64,000 nt of DNA from Candidatus Marinacidobacterales bacterium (GCA_965219415.1 CBDCNP010000002.1:2624001-2688000); one strand, 5' to 3'. Shown: positions 10,764-21,506, counted from the stretch's first letter. Notes: generated by a model from the letters alone, not told the origin. A program made the numbers and translations.

Positions 10764-10913
10764 TAATGGAGATCACGGATATACTCAGCCAGAACGTGCC
10801 CCTGGAGGACGTGCAGTATCTGGCCGGACACTCCAACCCCTCGGGCCACACAGATCTATGACCGGCGTAGACAGCACGTCACTCGCAACATCGTGGAGCG
10901 TGTCTCGATATGA
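10764..10913 (+). pseudogene. C-terminal fragment of a tyrosine recombinase
   Basis: ITDILSQNVPLEDVQYLAGHSNP then frameshifted TQIYDRRRQHVTRNIVERVSI; starts immediately after a C end (10737-10763). Confidence 0.75.
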
Positions 10914-11017
10914 AAGAAGGACCAAGGAAGAGAGACATCCTTTCGAGGCCTGCTAGCAAGAAAGCCGCTGCACGGCCTCGTTCGGCTCCCCGCAATGAAC
11001 CCAAGCCGGTGCCGGTT

Positions 11018-11071
11018 CCTGTGCTTTCTATTTATTCATCCGCGCGCACCGAACTTGATTAGTCTCCGGTC
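11018..11071. repeat. Type C terminus (partner end of type A)
   Basis: CCTGTGCTTTCTATTTATTCATCCGCGCGCACCGAACTTGATTAGTCTCCGGTC. Confidence 0.85.
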
Positions 11072-11237
11072 GGTGCTTCCGCCATTAAGTGTTGGTGATG
11101 TGTACGTATCCCTTTGCAAAAAAAGAGCTTACGATCCATTTAGCGCGCGGCGAAGGTCGTGAGCGCTATTTTGGCTGTAATTTAATGCAGCGTAAAGTCT
11201 TAGCGTCATCCCACCAACACTTAATGGCGGAAGCACC
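11072..11237. mobile_element. Type B1 MITE, 166 bp, complete
   Basis: Perfect TIR GGTGCTTCCGCCATTAAGTGTTGGTG / CACCAACACTTAATGGCGGAAGCACC. Confidence 0.9.
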
Positions 11238-11322
11238 GCCTCACACGGTCAAACCTCTGCGAGTCACCCCGGCAGAGCCGGAGGTTTACCTGTGATAATT
11301 AAAGATCCAGGGGACTAGTGGC

Positions 11323-12786
11323 ATGAGCACATCCAAAGAAGAGTTCACGTCTCGATGGGGGATCCTGCTGACCTCGATCGGCATGGCGGTCGGCACCGGG
11401 AACATCTGGCGTTTTCCACGAGTTGCCGCCGCGAATGGAGGAGGATCGTTTCTCATCCCCTGGGTGATCTTCCTGTTCGCGTGGGCGATCCCGCTTCTTC
11501 TCGTCGAGTTCGCTCTCGGCAAGACCACCCGCCGCGGCCCGGCGGGCGCCGTTGGAACGTTGATAGGAGAACGCTACAACTGGTTGGGCGTTTTCGTGGG
11601 ACTGGTGACGTGCTTCATCACGTTCTATTACTCCGTCGTCACCGGGTGGTGTCTGAAGTACTTTACCGTTTCCTTGGGCACGGTGTTCTCCGCCGACAAT
11701 GCCGAGAGTTACTGGACGCGATTCACTAGCGATCCCATCCAACCGGTCATCTTCCACGCCATAGCACTCGCTATAGGATGCTCCATCATTTATAGAGGCG
11801 TCGTCCGTGGTATCGAGCGGACCAACCGCATCCTCATCCCGGCGCTTTTCGTGCTCCTCATCATCGCGGCCATCCGTGCGGTCACTCTTCCCGGGGCCGT
11901 GAAAGGCCTGGCCTATCTGTTCACGCCGAACTGGGAAGACCTCGGAAACTACCAAGTCTGGCTGGCAGCGCTAACCCAATCCGCGTGGAGCACCGGCGCG
12001 GGCTGGGGCCTGGTCACGACCTATGGCGTGTACTTCCGCAAGAAAGACACGTTCACGCTGACGACGCTCACGACCGCGTTCGGCAACAGTTCGGCTTCGC
12101 TTCTCGCCGGCATCGCGGTGATGTGTACCGTCTTCGCCCTTCTTCCCGAAGACCAGGCCTCGGCCGCTCTCGCTGCCGGCAACGAAGGCCTGACGTTCAT
12201 CTGGATGCCGCAGCTTTTCTCGTCGATGCCCGGAGGGCGACTCTTTCTCCCCATTTTCTTCCTCGCGCTGAGCTTCGCGGCGATTTCGTCGCTCATCGCC
12301 ATGCTCGAAATGGCATCCCGCATGATGATGAACCTGGGTTTTTCGCGCACCCGCGCCGTGGCCACGGTCGGCGTGGTGTCGTTTGTGCTCGGCCTTCCCT
12401 CGGCGTTTTTCATGGGCTTTTTCAAGAATCAGGATTGGGTCTGGGGCATCGGCCTCATGTTCTCCGGTTTCTTCATCGCGGTGACCGTCATCAAGTACGG
12501 AGCGGCGAAATTCCGGGAGGAGCTCATCAACACCGAAGATGAGAAGCATCCGATCGGTAGCTGGTTCGTGTGGGTCATCTCGATCGTCGTGCCGCTCGAG
12601 TTTCTTGCCATGCTGGCATGGTGGTTCTACCAATCGGCGACGCAATTCGATCCCGATGGCTGGTGGAAGCTCCGGAGTGAATCGAGCGTTGGGACCGCCG
12701 TCATCCAAATTTCGGTGCTCGTCGTCGTGGTTGTCATCACCAACACCTACTGGGTCCACCGCCTGAAAAAGAGTAGCGGATCGTGA
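11323..12786 (+). CDS. Sodium-dependent transporter, NSS/SNF family
   Basis: GMAVGTGNIWRFP, NGGGSFLIPW, many TM helices. Confidence 0.95.
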   Translation: MSTSKEEFTSRWGILLTSIGMAVGTGNIWRFPRVAAANGGGSFLIPWVIFLFAWAIPLLLVEFALGKTTRRGPAGAVGTLIGERYNWLGVFVGLVTCFITFYYSVVTGWCLKYFTVSLGTVFSADNAESYWTRFTSDPIQPVIFHAIALAIGCSIIYRGVVRGIERTNRILIPALFVLLIIAAIRAVTLPGAVKGLAYLFTPNWEDLGNYQVWLAALTQSAWSTGAGWGLVTTYGVYFRKKDTFTLTTLTTAFGNSSASLLAGIAVMCTVFALLPEDQASAALAAGNEGLTFIWMPQLFSSMPGGRLFLPIFFLALSFAAISSLIAMLEMASRMMMNLGFSRTRAVATVGVVSFVLGLPSAFFMGFFKNQDWVWGIGLMFSGFFIAVTVIKYGAAKFREELINTEDEKHPIGSWFVWVISIVVPLEFLAMLAWWFYQSATQFDPDGWWKLRSESSVGTAVIQISVLVVVVVITNTYWVHRLKKSSGS

Positions 12787-12970
12787 GCTTGGAGCTCGCG
12801 GAGAAGGACAAAGCACTCCTCGCGGGCGAACTCGGTCGTGCTGCGAAGATGGCGATGTCCATCCTCGTGCGCATGGCCGACGTGTACCGCGCGGAGCGCA
12901 TGCTCGACATCACCGGCGCTCACGTCGACAGCACCATCTACGTTGGCGACGCTGGGCTCGAGTTCAGATC
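12783..12970 (+). pseudogene. Aconitase X (DUF521)-like N-terminal fragment
   Basis: LLAGELGRAAKMAMSILVRMADVYRAERMLDITGAHVDST; cut by the MITE at 12975. Confidence 0.7.
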
Positions 12971-12974
12971 AGAT

Positions 12975-13154
12975 CCTGTGCCTTCTATTTATTCATCCGT
13001 GCGCGCCGAACTTGATCGGTCTCCGGTCTCCCGGGACCATGCCTGCATGATCTCGTCGTTTGTTCGCGCTCGGCCCTTGGCACGGCCGCAAACACAGACA
13101 CTAAGTTGCTGATTTATGGGCTATTTCAAAAGGGCCGAGTTTTGGCACAGGACG
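12975..13154. mobile_element. C-A MITE, 180 bp
   Basis: CCTGTGCCTTCTATTT ... GAGTTTTGGCACAGGACG. Confidence 0.9.
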
Positions 13155-13500
13155 GGGGTGCTGAATTGAAATTGAAATATCCGACCATCCGAAACGGTTG
13201 TCCGTGCCCTTGCCATCCTGACAAGCTGGCGTGGTGTGGGCGGTGCCTTGACCGCCATCGACCGACCAAGGGTAAAGACGAGGGAGACGAGTCCGGGTTC
13301 GTCGATACCTCCACGGTGATAGGTGCAGGTGTTCCGGTGGCAAGGCGCGATCTAAGGAGATCATCGTCTCCCACGAAAACAGGCTTGCACATTCGCCGTC
13401 TAAAAGCTCTGTGAAGGTCCGCCCTTGCCATACCCCTCTGGCGGCTCACGGACCGCTTAGCAAAATCAAATATAACAAAGGCTTACGGGTGGAAAATCTC

Positions 13501-14019
13501 ATGGTTAAAATGACCAATTGGTTGCGGAGGGCGATCGAATCGTCGAAAGTTCGACCTCTTGAAGTCCGGGAGGACGTGGCCATGGTCCATATCAATGCGA
13601 GCGCCGGCTATGCCCAGGTTGAAAGCTATCGCGATTCCAACTCCGTGTTGATTGAGCGCCTGCGACCACGAACGCGGCTGACGATTGATTCCGCGAAGCT
13701 GGTCGAGATTGGTCCTGACGTTTGGCTTCGAGCGCACACCGTCCAAGAGAAAGGTGGCCCCGTGTTCAAGTTTCAGATATGGCTAGCGCCCACGTCCGAG
13801 GATACGGCTCACATTGCGGCCGGCGTTTTCTTCAGTCGGCCAAGTCCGATTTGCTCCGGGCGATTTACTAACGTGAAGGATCTCGATCGGGATTACGCGC
13901 TCGGGTGGGAGTCGGCCGTCGCTTGGAGCTTTTTGGTTTGGAGCGATACACCCCTGTACCTCAACGATCGCGACGTCGGCCGTTGGCCTCGGTCCATTAC
14001 CGATCCCAAATGTTCTTAG
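13501..14019 (+). CDS. Hypothetical protein
   Basis: Open frame of about 170 aa, no recognised motif. Confidence 0.45.
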   Translation: MVKMTNWLRRAIESSKVRPLEVREDVAMVHINASAGYAQVESYRDSNSVLIERLRPRTRLTIDSAKLVEIGPDVWLRAHTVQEKGGPVFKFQIWLAPTSEDTAHIAAGVFFSRPSPICSGRFTNVKDLDRDYALGWESAVAWSFLVWSDTPLYLNDRDVGRWPRSITDPKCS

Positions 14020-14149
14020 TTCGAGGCTCGCGAGCGGCCATCAGCACGCCTTTTACTTCCTTAAAGATCGGTCGGAAAACACGGCGGTTCAGGGCGCTGA
14101 GGACTCTAATATTGCGCCGCCGTTTATGCTTGGAGGAGGGAATGTACCT

Positions 14150-16951
14150 GTGACCGTCAGCCAACTCGATTTCGCTCGTTTTCTTCGACGATCTCCGACC
14201 TCCCGGATTCGATCAGCGGCGTTCGCCTTGGGAACGATGTTGTTAGCCCAAGCCGCCAGTGCGCAGACGCTAGAGGTGAAGGTTGTCGATCCGCTTTCTT
14301 TCGCCGTGACCAACGCGACGGTCGCGATTGGCGATCGGGAGGTGCGGACCGACGGTACGGGTACGGCAGTGTTTCAAAGCCTGGGTGCCGGCCCGCACTC
14401 CGTTGTGGTTTCGGCTCCCGGCTTCGCGACAGCAATTGAGGAGGTGGCCGAGTCGGAAGGAACTGTCACGATCGAACTGCAGGTACAGTCGGTCAGCGAG
14501 GTCATCAACGTGCAAGCCAACGTCGGCACCCGAGCGCTGCCGCGGACGGTCACAGAGTCGGTCGTACCCATCGACGTCATCTCGTCCAACGACATGGTCG
14601 GCCGAGGTGATACGGACATCGCGGATCAGTTGAGAACCGTCCTGCCCTCCTACAATGTCAACGCCCAGCCCGTCGGCGACGCGGCCAGGATCGTTCGGCC
14701 AGCAACCCTCCGTGGCCTGGCACCCGATCACACGCTGATCCTGGTCAACGGGAGACGGCGGCATCGGTCGGCGATCATCACTTGGCTGGGGGGCGGATTT
14801 GCAGACGGCGCCCAGGGACCGGATATCTCGGTTATCCCGTCGATCGCGCTGCGGCAGGTCGAAGTGCTGCGGGATGGCGCCTCGGCCCAGTACGGCTCAG
14901 ACGCCATCGCAGGTGTCATGAACTTCCGACTCAAGGACGACTCCTCCGGTGGCAGTTTGGAGTTTCGTACCGGCCGTTTCATCGCGGGTGACGGTGGCAC
15001 GCACACCATTTCCGGCAACCTCGGTCTGCCGTTAGGGCCGGCCGGTTTTGCCAACCTGAGTGTCGAGTACGGCAACTCTGGCGATACCAGCCGCAGCGTC
15101 CAGCGTACCGACGCTGCGGCTCTCATTAGGAGTGGCAATACCCATGTCGCGGATCCGGCGCAGATCTGGGGCTCTCCGAAAATCGACGACGATTTCAAGT
15201 TTTGGGGCAACTTCGGACGCGTCTTCAACAAGGTACAACTTTATGGTCATACGAATTACGCCAGCAGGAGGGTAACCGGCGGGTTCTTCTTCCGTAATCC
15301 CAATACCCGGGCTGCGGTCTTCAGCGCTGATGCCGGCGAGACCCTGCTCATCGGCGATGTGCTCGACGCTCAAGACGGGATCCTCGATGGTTCGGCTAAC
15401 TGCCCTGAGGTGCCGGTCGTCAACGGGGTCCCCCGTCAGGAGACCCTTTCCAGAGTCTTCCTTGATCCCGGCTGTTTCTCTTTCCAGGAAATCTTCCCAG
15501 GGGGGTTCACGCCGCAGTTTGGCGGTGAGCGGACCGACGCATCCGTGGTCGCCGGTCTCCGCGGCCAAGCCGCGGGAAGAATGGTTTGGGATGCCAGCAT
15601 CAGCCAGGGCTACAGTGCAGTGGACTTTTTCATCTTCAACACAGTCAATGCTTCACTGGGTCCGACAACACCCACCGACTTCGATCCCGGTCTCTACCGG
15701 CAGCAGGACCGCGGCTTCAATCTGGATCTTAGCTACGCCGTCAACGAGCGCGTCCACCTGGCTGGCGGTGGCGAGTGGCGTGAGGAACATTTCGAGATTG
15801 GCCTTGGCCAGAGGGAGTCGTGGGAGATCGGCCCGTACGCCCCTCAGGGCTTCAGCGCGGGCTCCAACGGCTTTCCCGGATTCAGTCCCATCGCCGCCGG
15901 CCAATGGAGCCGCAGCAACATAGCGCTCTACGGCGATGTCGAGTTGCGGGGTAACGTAGGCAAGTGGGCAGTCGCCACCGCCGCCAGGTTCGAAGACTTT
16001 GAAGATTTTGGCGCCACCCTAAACGGCAAGCTCGCTGGCCGTTACCAATTGACCCAAGATTGGGCACTGCGCGGGAGCGTGAGTAGCGGATTTCGGGCGC
16101 CGACGCCCGGACAGCAGAATGCGTTCAACGTGTCGACCCGTTACGATCTCCGGCTCATGGACTTGGTCAACGACGGCATCATTCCTTCGACCTCGAGGGT
16201 GGCTCATCTCCGAGGCGGGCGGTTGCTGGAACCCGAGCGGTCGATCAACTACAGCCTGGGAGCGGTGATCGACAGAGGCCCGCTCAAGTTCACTGTCGAT
16301 TACTTCCGCATCGATCTTTCCAATCGACTCGCCTTGACACGGTCGTTCGTTCTCAGTCCCGAGGAAGCGGAGAACCTCATCGCAGAGGGCGTCACCAGTG
16401 CGCGCAACCTGCAGAACTTCCGTTTCTTCACTAACGACTTCGAGACCCGGACACAAGGAATCGACTTGGTGGTCACCTATAAGCCGGCGGCGCTCAGCGG
16501 CGACACGACGTTCGACTTCCTCTTCAACCACACCGATACTGAAGTCACTGAGTTCAATCGGGATGTGTTGGACACCGAACGGATCCGTCGATTGCAGAAA
16601 GCGGTTCCCGGAACGCGCTGGAACTTCACCATGCATCATGGTCTCAGCCGATGGCGTCTACTCGGACGCCTCAGCTACTATGGCGACTGGTACGATTCGC
16701 GGGACGTTCGAGTCTACAACGGCGAGTATCTCTTCGACTTTGAAGCTTCCTATCCCCTCAGCGAGTCCATCACCTTCACCGTTGGCGTCCAGAACTTGTT
16801 CGACAATCAACCGCAGGAGAACCCCAACGCCTCCGCCACCGGCAATCGCTACAGCGCATACACGCCGTTTAATTACAATGGTGCGTTCTACTACGTCCGG
16901 CTCGGCTACAACTGGAAGTGGAAGAGTGGTAGCGGCCGGAGTGTCCCCTGA
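14150..16951 (+). CDS. TonB-dependent receptor
   Basis: Plug motifs LRGLAPDHTLILVNGRRR and VEVLRDGASAQYGSDAIAGV; GFRAPT; beta-barrel C-terminus. Confidence 0.95.
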   Translation: MTVSQLDFARFLRRSPTSRIRSAAFALGTMLLAQAASAQTLEVKVVDPLSFAVTNATVAIGDREVRTDGTGTAVFQSLGAGPHSVVVSAPGFATAIEEVAESEGTVTIELQVQSVSEVINVQANVGTRALPRTVTESVVPIDVISSNDMVGRGDTDIADQLRTVLPSYNVNAQPVGDAARIVRPATLRGLAPDHTLILVNGRRRHRSAIITWLGGGFADGAQGPDISVIPSIALRQVEVLRDGASAQYGSDAIAGVMNFRLKDDSSGGSLEFRTGRFIAGDGGTHTISGNLGLPLGPAGFANLSVEYGNSGDTSRSVQRTDAAALIRSGNTHVADPAQIWGSPKIDDDFKFWGNFGRVFNKVQLYGHTNYASRRVTGGFFFRNPNTRAAVFSADAGETLLIGDVLDAQDGILDGSANCPEVPVVNGVPRQETLSRVFLDPGCFSFQEIFPGGFTPQFGGERTDASVVAGLRGQAAGRMVWDASISQGYSAVDFFIFNTVNASLGPTTPTDFDPGLYRQQDRGFNLDLSYAVNERVHLAGGGEWREEHFEIGLGQRESWEIGPYAPQGFSAGSNGFPGFSPIAAGQWSRSNIALYGDVELRGNVGKWAVATAARFEDFEDFGATLNGKLAGRYQLTQDWALRGSVSSGFRAPTPGQQNAFNVSTRYDLRLMDLVNDGIIPSTSRVAHLRGGRLLEPERSINYSLGAVIDRGPLKFTVDYFRIDLSNRLALTRSFVLSPEEAENLIAEGVTSARNLQNFRFFTNDFETRTQGIDLVVTYKPAALSGDTTFDFLFNHTDTEVTEFNRDVLDTERIRRLQKAVPGTRWNFTMHHGLSRWRLLGRLSYYGDWYDSRDVRVYNGEYLFDFEASYPLSESITFTVGVQNLFDNQPQENPNASATGNRYSAYTPFNYNGAFYYVRLGYNWKWKSGSGRSVP

Positions 16952-17075
16952 GAGACCGTGACAAGAAATCCGGTCCGATGACCAGGTTTCAACTGTGTCG
17001 ATCCGGCACCCCACAAATTTTCAAGGACTTGGGCGTTGCAAAACCCTATTTCAGTGTCGATTCGATTGGCGATAC

Positions 17076-17280
17076 CGTCGTGTCCAAAAATACAAACGAA
17101 CTCAAGACCGGCGCGCCGGCTGCTTGGAGTCGCTCCAGAACGGCCCCGTCCTGTGCCAAAACTCGGCTGTGCCTTCTATTTATTCATCCGCGCGCACCGA
17201 ACTTGATTAGTCTCCGGTCTGCCCGCTGTGCTCCGCAAGGAGTCGGTCCAGTGGTACGCGATCTTCTTTTTTGCGGATCA
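17076..17280. repeat. Cluster of element ends: G (17076), A+C (17147), F-like (about 17227), E (about 17258-17281)
   Basis: CGTCGTGTCCAAAAATAC; CGTCCTGTGCCAAAACTCGGCTGTGCCTTC; TGTGCTCCGCAA; GATCTTCTTTTTTGCGGATCACA. Confidence 0.85.
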
Positions 17281-17378
17281 CAGGTAGCCGCAACGAACGT
17301 TCGTCTCGATCATCTTTCGCGACTTGGAAACCGAATAGAACATCGGCAAGCCTGTCGCGGATCACTTATGATTCGGCC

Positions 17379-17870
17379 ATGCGCTCATTGCTCAAGATTG
17401 CCGTCGGCATTGCCGCCCTAGTCGCGACGTTCGGGGCCGGGTGGCTCGTCGCAGTCACCGGTACCGGTCAAGCGATCCCCCCGGCCTCACTCTCGGAACT
17501 TGAGCGGGTGTTCGCCGAGCGGATGCAGAACGTGGTACTCACAGGCCACTACACCATCGAAGGCCGCGAGCGTCGCGACGACAACTCGGAACGCTACGAG
17601 ATCACCAGCGTGGCGAAGGTCGGTGATCACAGGTGGCGGTTCGACGTTCACATGACCTACGGAAGCGTCGACGTGACGCTGCCGGTCGTCGTGCCCATCC
17701 AGTGGGCGGGTGACACTCCGATGGTCACCATGACCGACGTCGCCATCCCGGGGCTCGACGGCACTTTCACAGCGCGGGTCATGTTCCACGCAGAACGATA
17801 CGCCGGCAGTTGGCAGCACGGCGAGTCCGGTGGGTTCATGTACGGCACGATCGCGCCGCTGAGCGACTAA
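17379..17870 (+). CDS. Hypothetical membrane-anchored or exported protein
   Basis: N-terminal hydrophobic helix followed by beta-rich sequence, GC-rich third positions. Confidence 0.75.
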   Translation: MRSLLKIAVGIAALVATFGAGWLVAVTGTGQAIPPASLSELERVFAERMQNVVLTGHYTIEGRERRDDNSERYEITSVAKVGDHRWRFDVHMTYGSVDVTLPVVVPIQWAGDTPMVTMTDVAIPGLDGTFTARVMFHAERYAGSWQHGESGGFMYGTIAPLSD

Positions 17871-17871
17871 A

Positions 17872-17945
17872 GGATGGATGTGTGCTGGCTCGTGACCTTC
17901 ATTGCTGTAGAAGTGGAAGCAAAAGGCCTTGTACCTTATAGATGA
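17872..17945 (-). pseudogene. DUF4160-like fragment
   Basis: RYKAFCFHFYSNEGHEPAHIH. Confidence 0.6.
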
Positions 17946-18146
17946 TGTCGGCGTGCAGAGGAAGGTCAGGCACATGTGATCCGCAAAAAAGAAGATCGCG
18001 TTGGCCTACCTGTGTCGGCGAACGCCATAAATCCTAAGTAAGGATGTCGCCGAATGTCAGGCACCACGTGGTGAGTCCAGCCGGCATCGACGAAAGAACT
18101 GCGCCTCTCGAAATCAGGCTAAAACTCCTAGCGCGAACGGATTACG

Positions 18147-18396
18147 GGTGCTTCCGCCATCAAGTGTTGCTACGCCGTGTTCGAATGCTAGTGTCAGTTG
18201 GCCTGCCTGTGTCGGCGAACGCCATTAATGTTAATAAGGATGTCGGCGTGCACACGAAGGTGTCTCTGAACGTCAGGCACCGTGTGGTCAGCCCAGCCCG
18301 CATCGCCGAAAGAACTGCGTCTCTCGAAATCAGGCTCAAACTCTAGCACACGAGCGAGTTACGCGGCAGCCACCAACACTTGATGGCGGAAGCACC
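18147..18396. mobile_element. Type B2 MITE, 250 bp (partial internal copy at about 18001-18140)
   Basis: TIR GGTGCTTCCGCCATCAAGTGTTG at both ends; similar to 19059-19309. Confidence 0.9.
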
Positions 18397-18607
18397 CGAC
18401 GGTCCCGATCGAGGATCGCGGTGACCGTCTTACCCACGCAGTGTCGTCCGATGAGCCCGGCGAGCTCGGCCACGGCAGTCTCTAGCTCATCTCGACAACC
18501 GGTGGCAGCGCTTGGACGACTAGGACCGCCCTCCTCGTCTCCTCGGTCAGCTTGGTGCGATCGGCTTCCTTCCAGTTCCACCACTCGGGCCAGCGGTGAT
18601 TCTGCAA

Positions 18608-18955
18608 TCAAGTGTTGGCGGCCGCCGAGAGCTCATCGACCTTGGCGGCCAAGATGAAGTCGCTTTCCGTCAGGCCATCGATCTTGTGAGTCCAGATCGT
18701 GAGTCTAACCATACCCCATGCCAGGTGGATATCTGGGTGGTGTCCCTGGGCTTCAGCCAGCTCTCCGACTCGGTTGGTGAATGCGAGGGCCTCCCGGAAG
18801 TCTTTGAATCGAAACTCTCTCTCCAAATGATGTTGTTCAACGGTTCGCCAGTTGCCACCGAGCTTCTGCTGGAGTCCCTTTAGCGCGGGACCTCGGATCG
18901 GCGGCACCCCGCCCCGGCAGGGTACGCATTCCTTTTTCGCTAGCTCATTCGCCAA
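18608..18955 (-). CDS. phhB: Pterin-4-alpha-carbinolamine dehydratase
   Basis: CVPCRGG, FKDFREALAF, GHHPDI, WTHKIDGLTESDFILAAK; RBS GAGGAGG. Confidence 0.95.
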   Translation of the reverse strand: MANELAKKECVPCRGGVPPIRGPALKGLQQKLGGNWRTVEQHHLEREFRFKDFREALAFTNRVGELAEAQGHHPDIHLAWGMVRLTIWTHKIDGLTESDFILAAKVDELSAAANT

Positions 18956-19058
18956 TTGGACCTCCTCGCAGCATAACAGTGAACCTATTTTAACCGGCGG
19001 TCTACCAGATCTCCGTCAACCAGTTTTCCGTTCAGCACTTTGCCACCCCGTCCTGTGC

Positions 19059-19309
19059 GGTGCTTCTGCCATCAAGTGTTGCTACGCCGCTAGAGGCATT
19101 TGAATGCTAGTGTCAGTTGGCCCGCCTGTGTCGGCGAACGCCATAAATAAAGGATGTCGGCGTGCACACAAAGATGTCCTGAACGTCAAGCACCGCGCGG
19201 TCAGCCCAGCCTGCATCGCCGAAAGAACTGCGTCTCTAGAAATCAGGCTAAAACTCTAGCACGCGAGCGGGTTACGCGGCGGCCGACAACACTTGATGGC
19301 GGAAACACC
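19059..19309. mobile_element. Type B2 MITE abutting a truncated A end (19049-19058)
   Basis: CGTCCTGTGC|GGTGCTTCTGCCATCAAGTG ... CACTTGATGGCGGAAACACC. Confidence 0.9.
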
Positions 19310-19362
19310 GCGGTGACCTGACGGACACGACTTCTCGATCACCTAACGAGTGCCACTTCATT

Positions 19363-19533
19363 GCCTTGGTGCACAACTCGCGATCTCGGTCCACAATTGT
19401 CCTGTACTCGCGGATACGAGGTTCCCCATGAGCATTTTCAAACGCACTCAGCGGAAGTATGTAAAGAACGCCTATCGCGTGAGGAATTGGCGTGAATACG
19501 AGGCGGGTCTACGCAACCGCGGGAGCCTGACCG
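19363..19533 (+). mobile_element. IS5-family (IS903-like) left end and transposase start
   Basis: GCCTTGGTGCACAACTC end; YRVRNWREYEAGLRNRGSLT; cut by an A end. Confidence 0.8.
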
Positions 19534-19701
19534 CGTCCTGTGCCAAAACTCGGCCCTTTTGAAATAGACCACAAATCAGCAGCTTAGACGCCCTTGGAAT
19601 CCGCGCAGAATCCAGGGTATTTCGCGCCACAAGGCTGACTTCCGACCCATGGGCTGGCGGATGAATAAATAGAAGGCACAGCCGAATTTTGGCACAGGAC
19701 G
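19534..19701. mobile_element. Type A MITE with both 21-bp TIRs, 168 bp
   Basis: CGTCCTGTGCCAAAACTCGGC ... GCCGAATTTTGGCACAGGACG. Confidence 0.92.
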
Positions 19702-19775
19702 GGGTTCTGGTGATCCCCGTTCGGCGGGACATGGCTTGACTTCCTTAAAGACGCCTCGTCGAGGGAAGGACCGAT

Positions 19776-21140
19776 TTAGGAAACGTACCAGGTCGGAGCG
19801 GGGCTGATCTGGGGTTCCGGTCTCGCTGTGGCATGTACGCTGAGTCGGATCGAGTTCCACCGACCACAATGCTCGCAGTAGTCGGCCCACTCGGCGTAAG
19901 TGGTTCCGCAAGAACCACAACTGTAGTCATGCATCAAGCCACCGATCTCACCCAGCACCGTCTTGCTTTTGCTGAGTGCTTCCTTGAAGTCGCCCTTACT
20001 CTCCAAAACTCGCGCGATGTAGACGTGCAGAGCGGGGAGACCGCTTACCGCATCCTCGATCTGTCGAAACTCGTTCAAGGCTTCGTCCAACATGAACAGT
20101 CGGTAGTACAGTTTGCCGAGGCAATACCGTAACGGAGCCTCGTTATCCGACATCACGATCGCCTGCTTCCACGTTCCGATGGCCTCTTCCGGCCGCTCCG
20201 CTCCCAGGAAATGATTTTGCACCGCGGAGAAGAGCTCGGTGGATCCGGTGCTCTGAAACCCCTTTCGCCAAACCGACAATGCTTCGTCAACGTCGCTGGC
20301 CTCGATGCGCGCCTCCCCCAGCTTCAGGTACGCGGGGACGAACTCGCTATCGCGCTTCAGAACTGAGTTGAAAGATTGGATGGCTTCCTTGACATCGCCG
20401 CGGGCGAGCTGCTCACGCCCCACTTCGAACCGGATACCGATGGATGTTTCCTGCGCCGCTTCTTTTTCGGCGGTGAGCGTGAGCATCTTCTCTATCTTTG
20501 ACTGAAGCGCATCGGCGGCGGCCCAGTCTTTTTGTTTGATTTTCAGGTCACGTAGCTTGTGGTGGGCCGACACGGTCGCTTGAGGATCGAGCTCGATGAT
20601 CCGCGTCAACACCTGCTCCGCGTGTTCCCAATCTCCGAGATCGTGATAGGCATCGGACAAGCAGTAGAGCGCTATGAGGTGCTCGGGCGCTTCCACGATC
20701 GCCTTTTCCAGCGAGACCGCAGCTTCCCGGTACCGCTTCAGGGCGCGCAGGCTGTCACCTTGCTTGATGAGGGCGTCCAGATGGTTCGGCTCGCGTGCCA
20801 ACGCATCGTCGAACCTAGCAACCGCCTGTTCGTACCGCCCATTCACCATGTCGTCCAAGCCGTGGAGGTAGAGGTCCTCGGTTCTCTCGTGGGCACGGTG
20901 TAGTCGTTTCTCCTTCCAGTTCCGGGCAAACCGCCGCGCACCACCGGCGATGTCGAAGAACAGAATGAGCGCTGCACCCGCACCGAACGCCCCAAGGAGC
21001 ATCATCCAAAGCTCCAAGCTAAAGGGCTGCAGGAAGGCTAGGCTTATCTGGACCGGCTCCCGGTTCATGACGATGGTGGACGCCAGAATCCATGCCGCCA
21101 CGAAAATCAGCAGCAGGCTGAATAGGGTCTTGAACCTCAT
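19776..21140 (-). CDS. lapB: LapB-like TPR protein with N-terminal LapA-like TM segment and C-terminal rubredoxin-like motif
   Basis: Two TM helices, TPR repeats, YSCGSCG...CEHCGRWNSI. Confidence 0.8.
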   Translation of the reverse strand: MRFKTLFSLLLIFVAAWILASTIVMNREPVQISLAFLQPFSLELWMMLLGAFGAGAALILFFDIAGGARRFARNWKEKRLHRAHERTEDLYLHGLDDMVNGRYEQAVARFDDALAREPNHLDALIKQGDSLRALKRYREAAVSLEKAIVEAPEHLIALYCLSDAYHDLGDWEHAEQVLTRIIELDPQATVSAHHKLRDLKIKQKDWAAADALQSKIEKMLTLTAEKEAAQETSIGIRFEVGREQLARGDVKEAIQSFNSVLKRDSEFVPAYLKLGEARIEASDVDEALSVWRKGFQSTGSTELFSAVQNHFLGAERPEEAIGTWKQAIVMSDNEAPLRYCLGKLYYRLFMLDEALNEFRQIEDAVSGLPALHVYIARVLESKGDFKEALSKSKTVLGEIGGLMHDYSCGSCGTTYAEWADYCEHCGRWNSIRLSVHATARPEPQISPAPTWYVS

Positions 21141-21169
21141 CTCCGCTCCAGTTTAGTCCAGACCCGTCG

Positions 21170-21390
21170 CGTCCTGTACCAAAACGCGGCCCTTTTGAGA
21201 TGCTTCCGCAATTAAGTGTTGGTGAGATGATGCTAAGACTTTACGCTGCATTAGATTACAGCCAAAATAGCGCTCGCGACCTTCGCCGCGCGCTAAATGG
21301 AGCGTAAGCGCTTTTTTTGCAAAGGAATACGTACACATTACCAACAGCAAACAGCGCAAGCACCAAAGGGCCGAGTTTTGGCACAGGACG
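21170..21390. mobile_element. Two inverted A ends enclosing a complete B1 MITE (21199-21364)
   Basis: Direct reading of termini. Confidence 0.9.
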
Positions 21391-21506
21391 GGGGCACTGG
21401 TCGCGTTCAAGCTTCCGTCGTAATCCGACTCTGATCGAATCGTTGAAACGAAACTCCCGATCGCATAGGCTGCCCGTCTCTGTCGATCACGTCTGGAGGG
21501 CTAACA

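Noticed and set aside
10764-10913. Classical integron (IntI plus attC sites)
   Set aside because: The recombinase is only a C-terminal stub; the repeats lack RYYYAAC/GTTRRRY boxes and are tied to DDE transposase starts; genes lie in both orientations.
13106-13414. Recurring ORFs containing LLIYGLFQKGRVLAQDG or RPVPKLGPFEI as a protein family
   Set aside because: These are translations of the type A DNA repeat, not genes.
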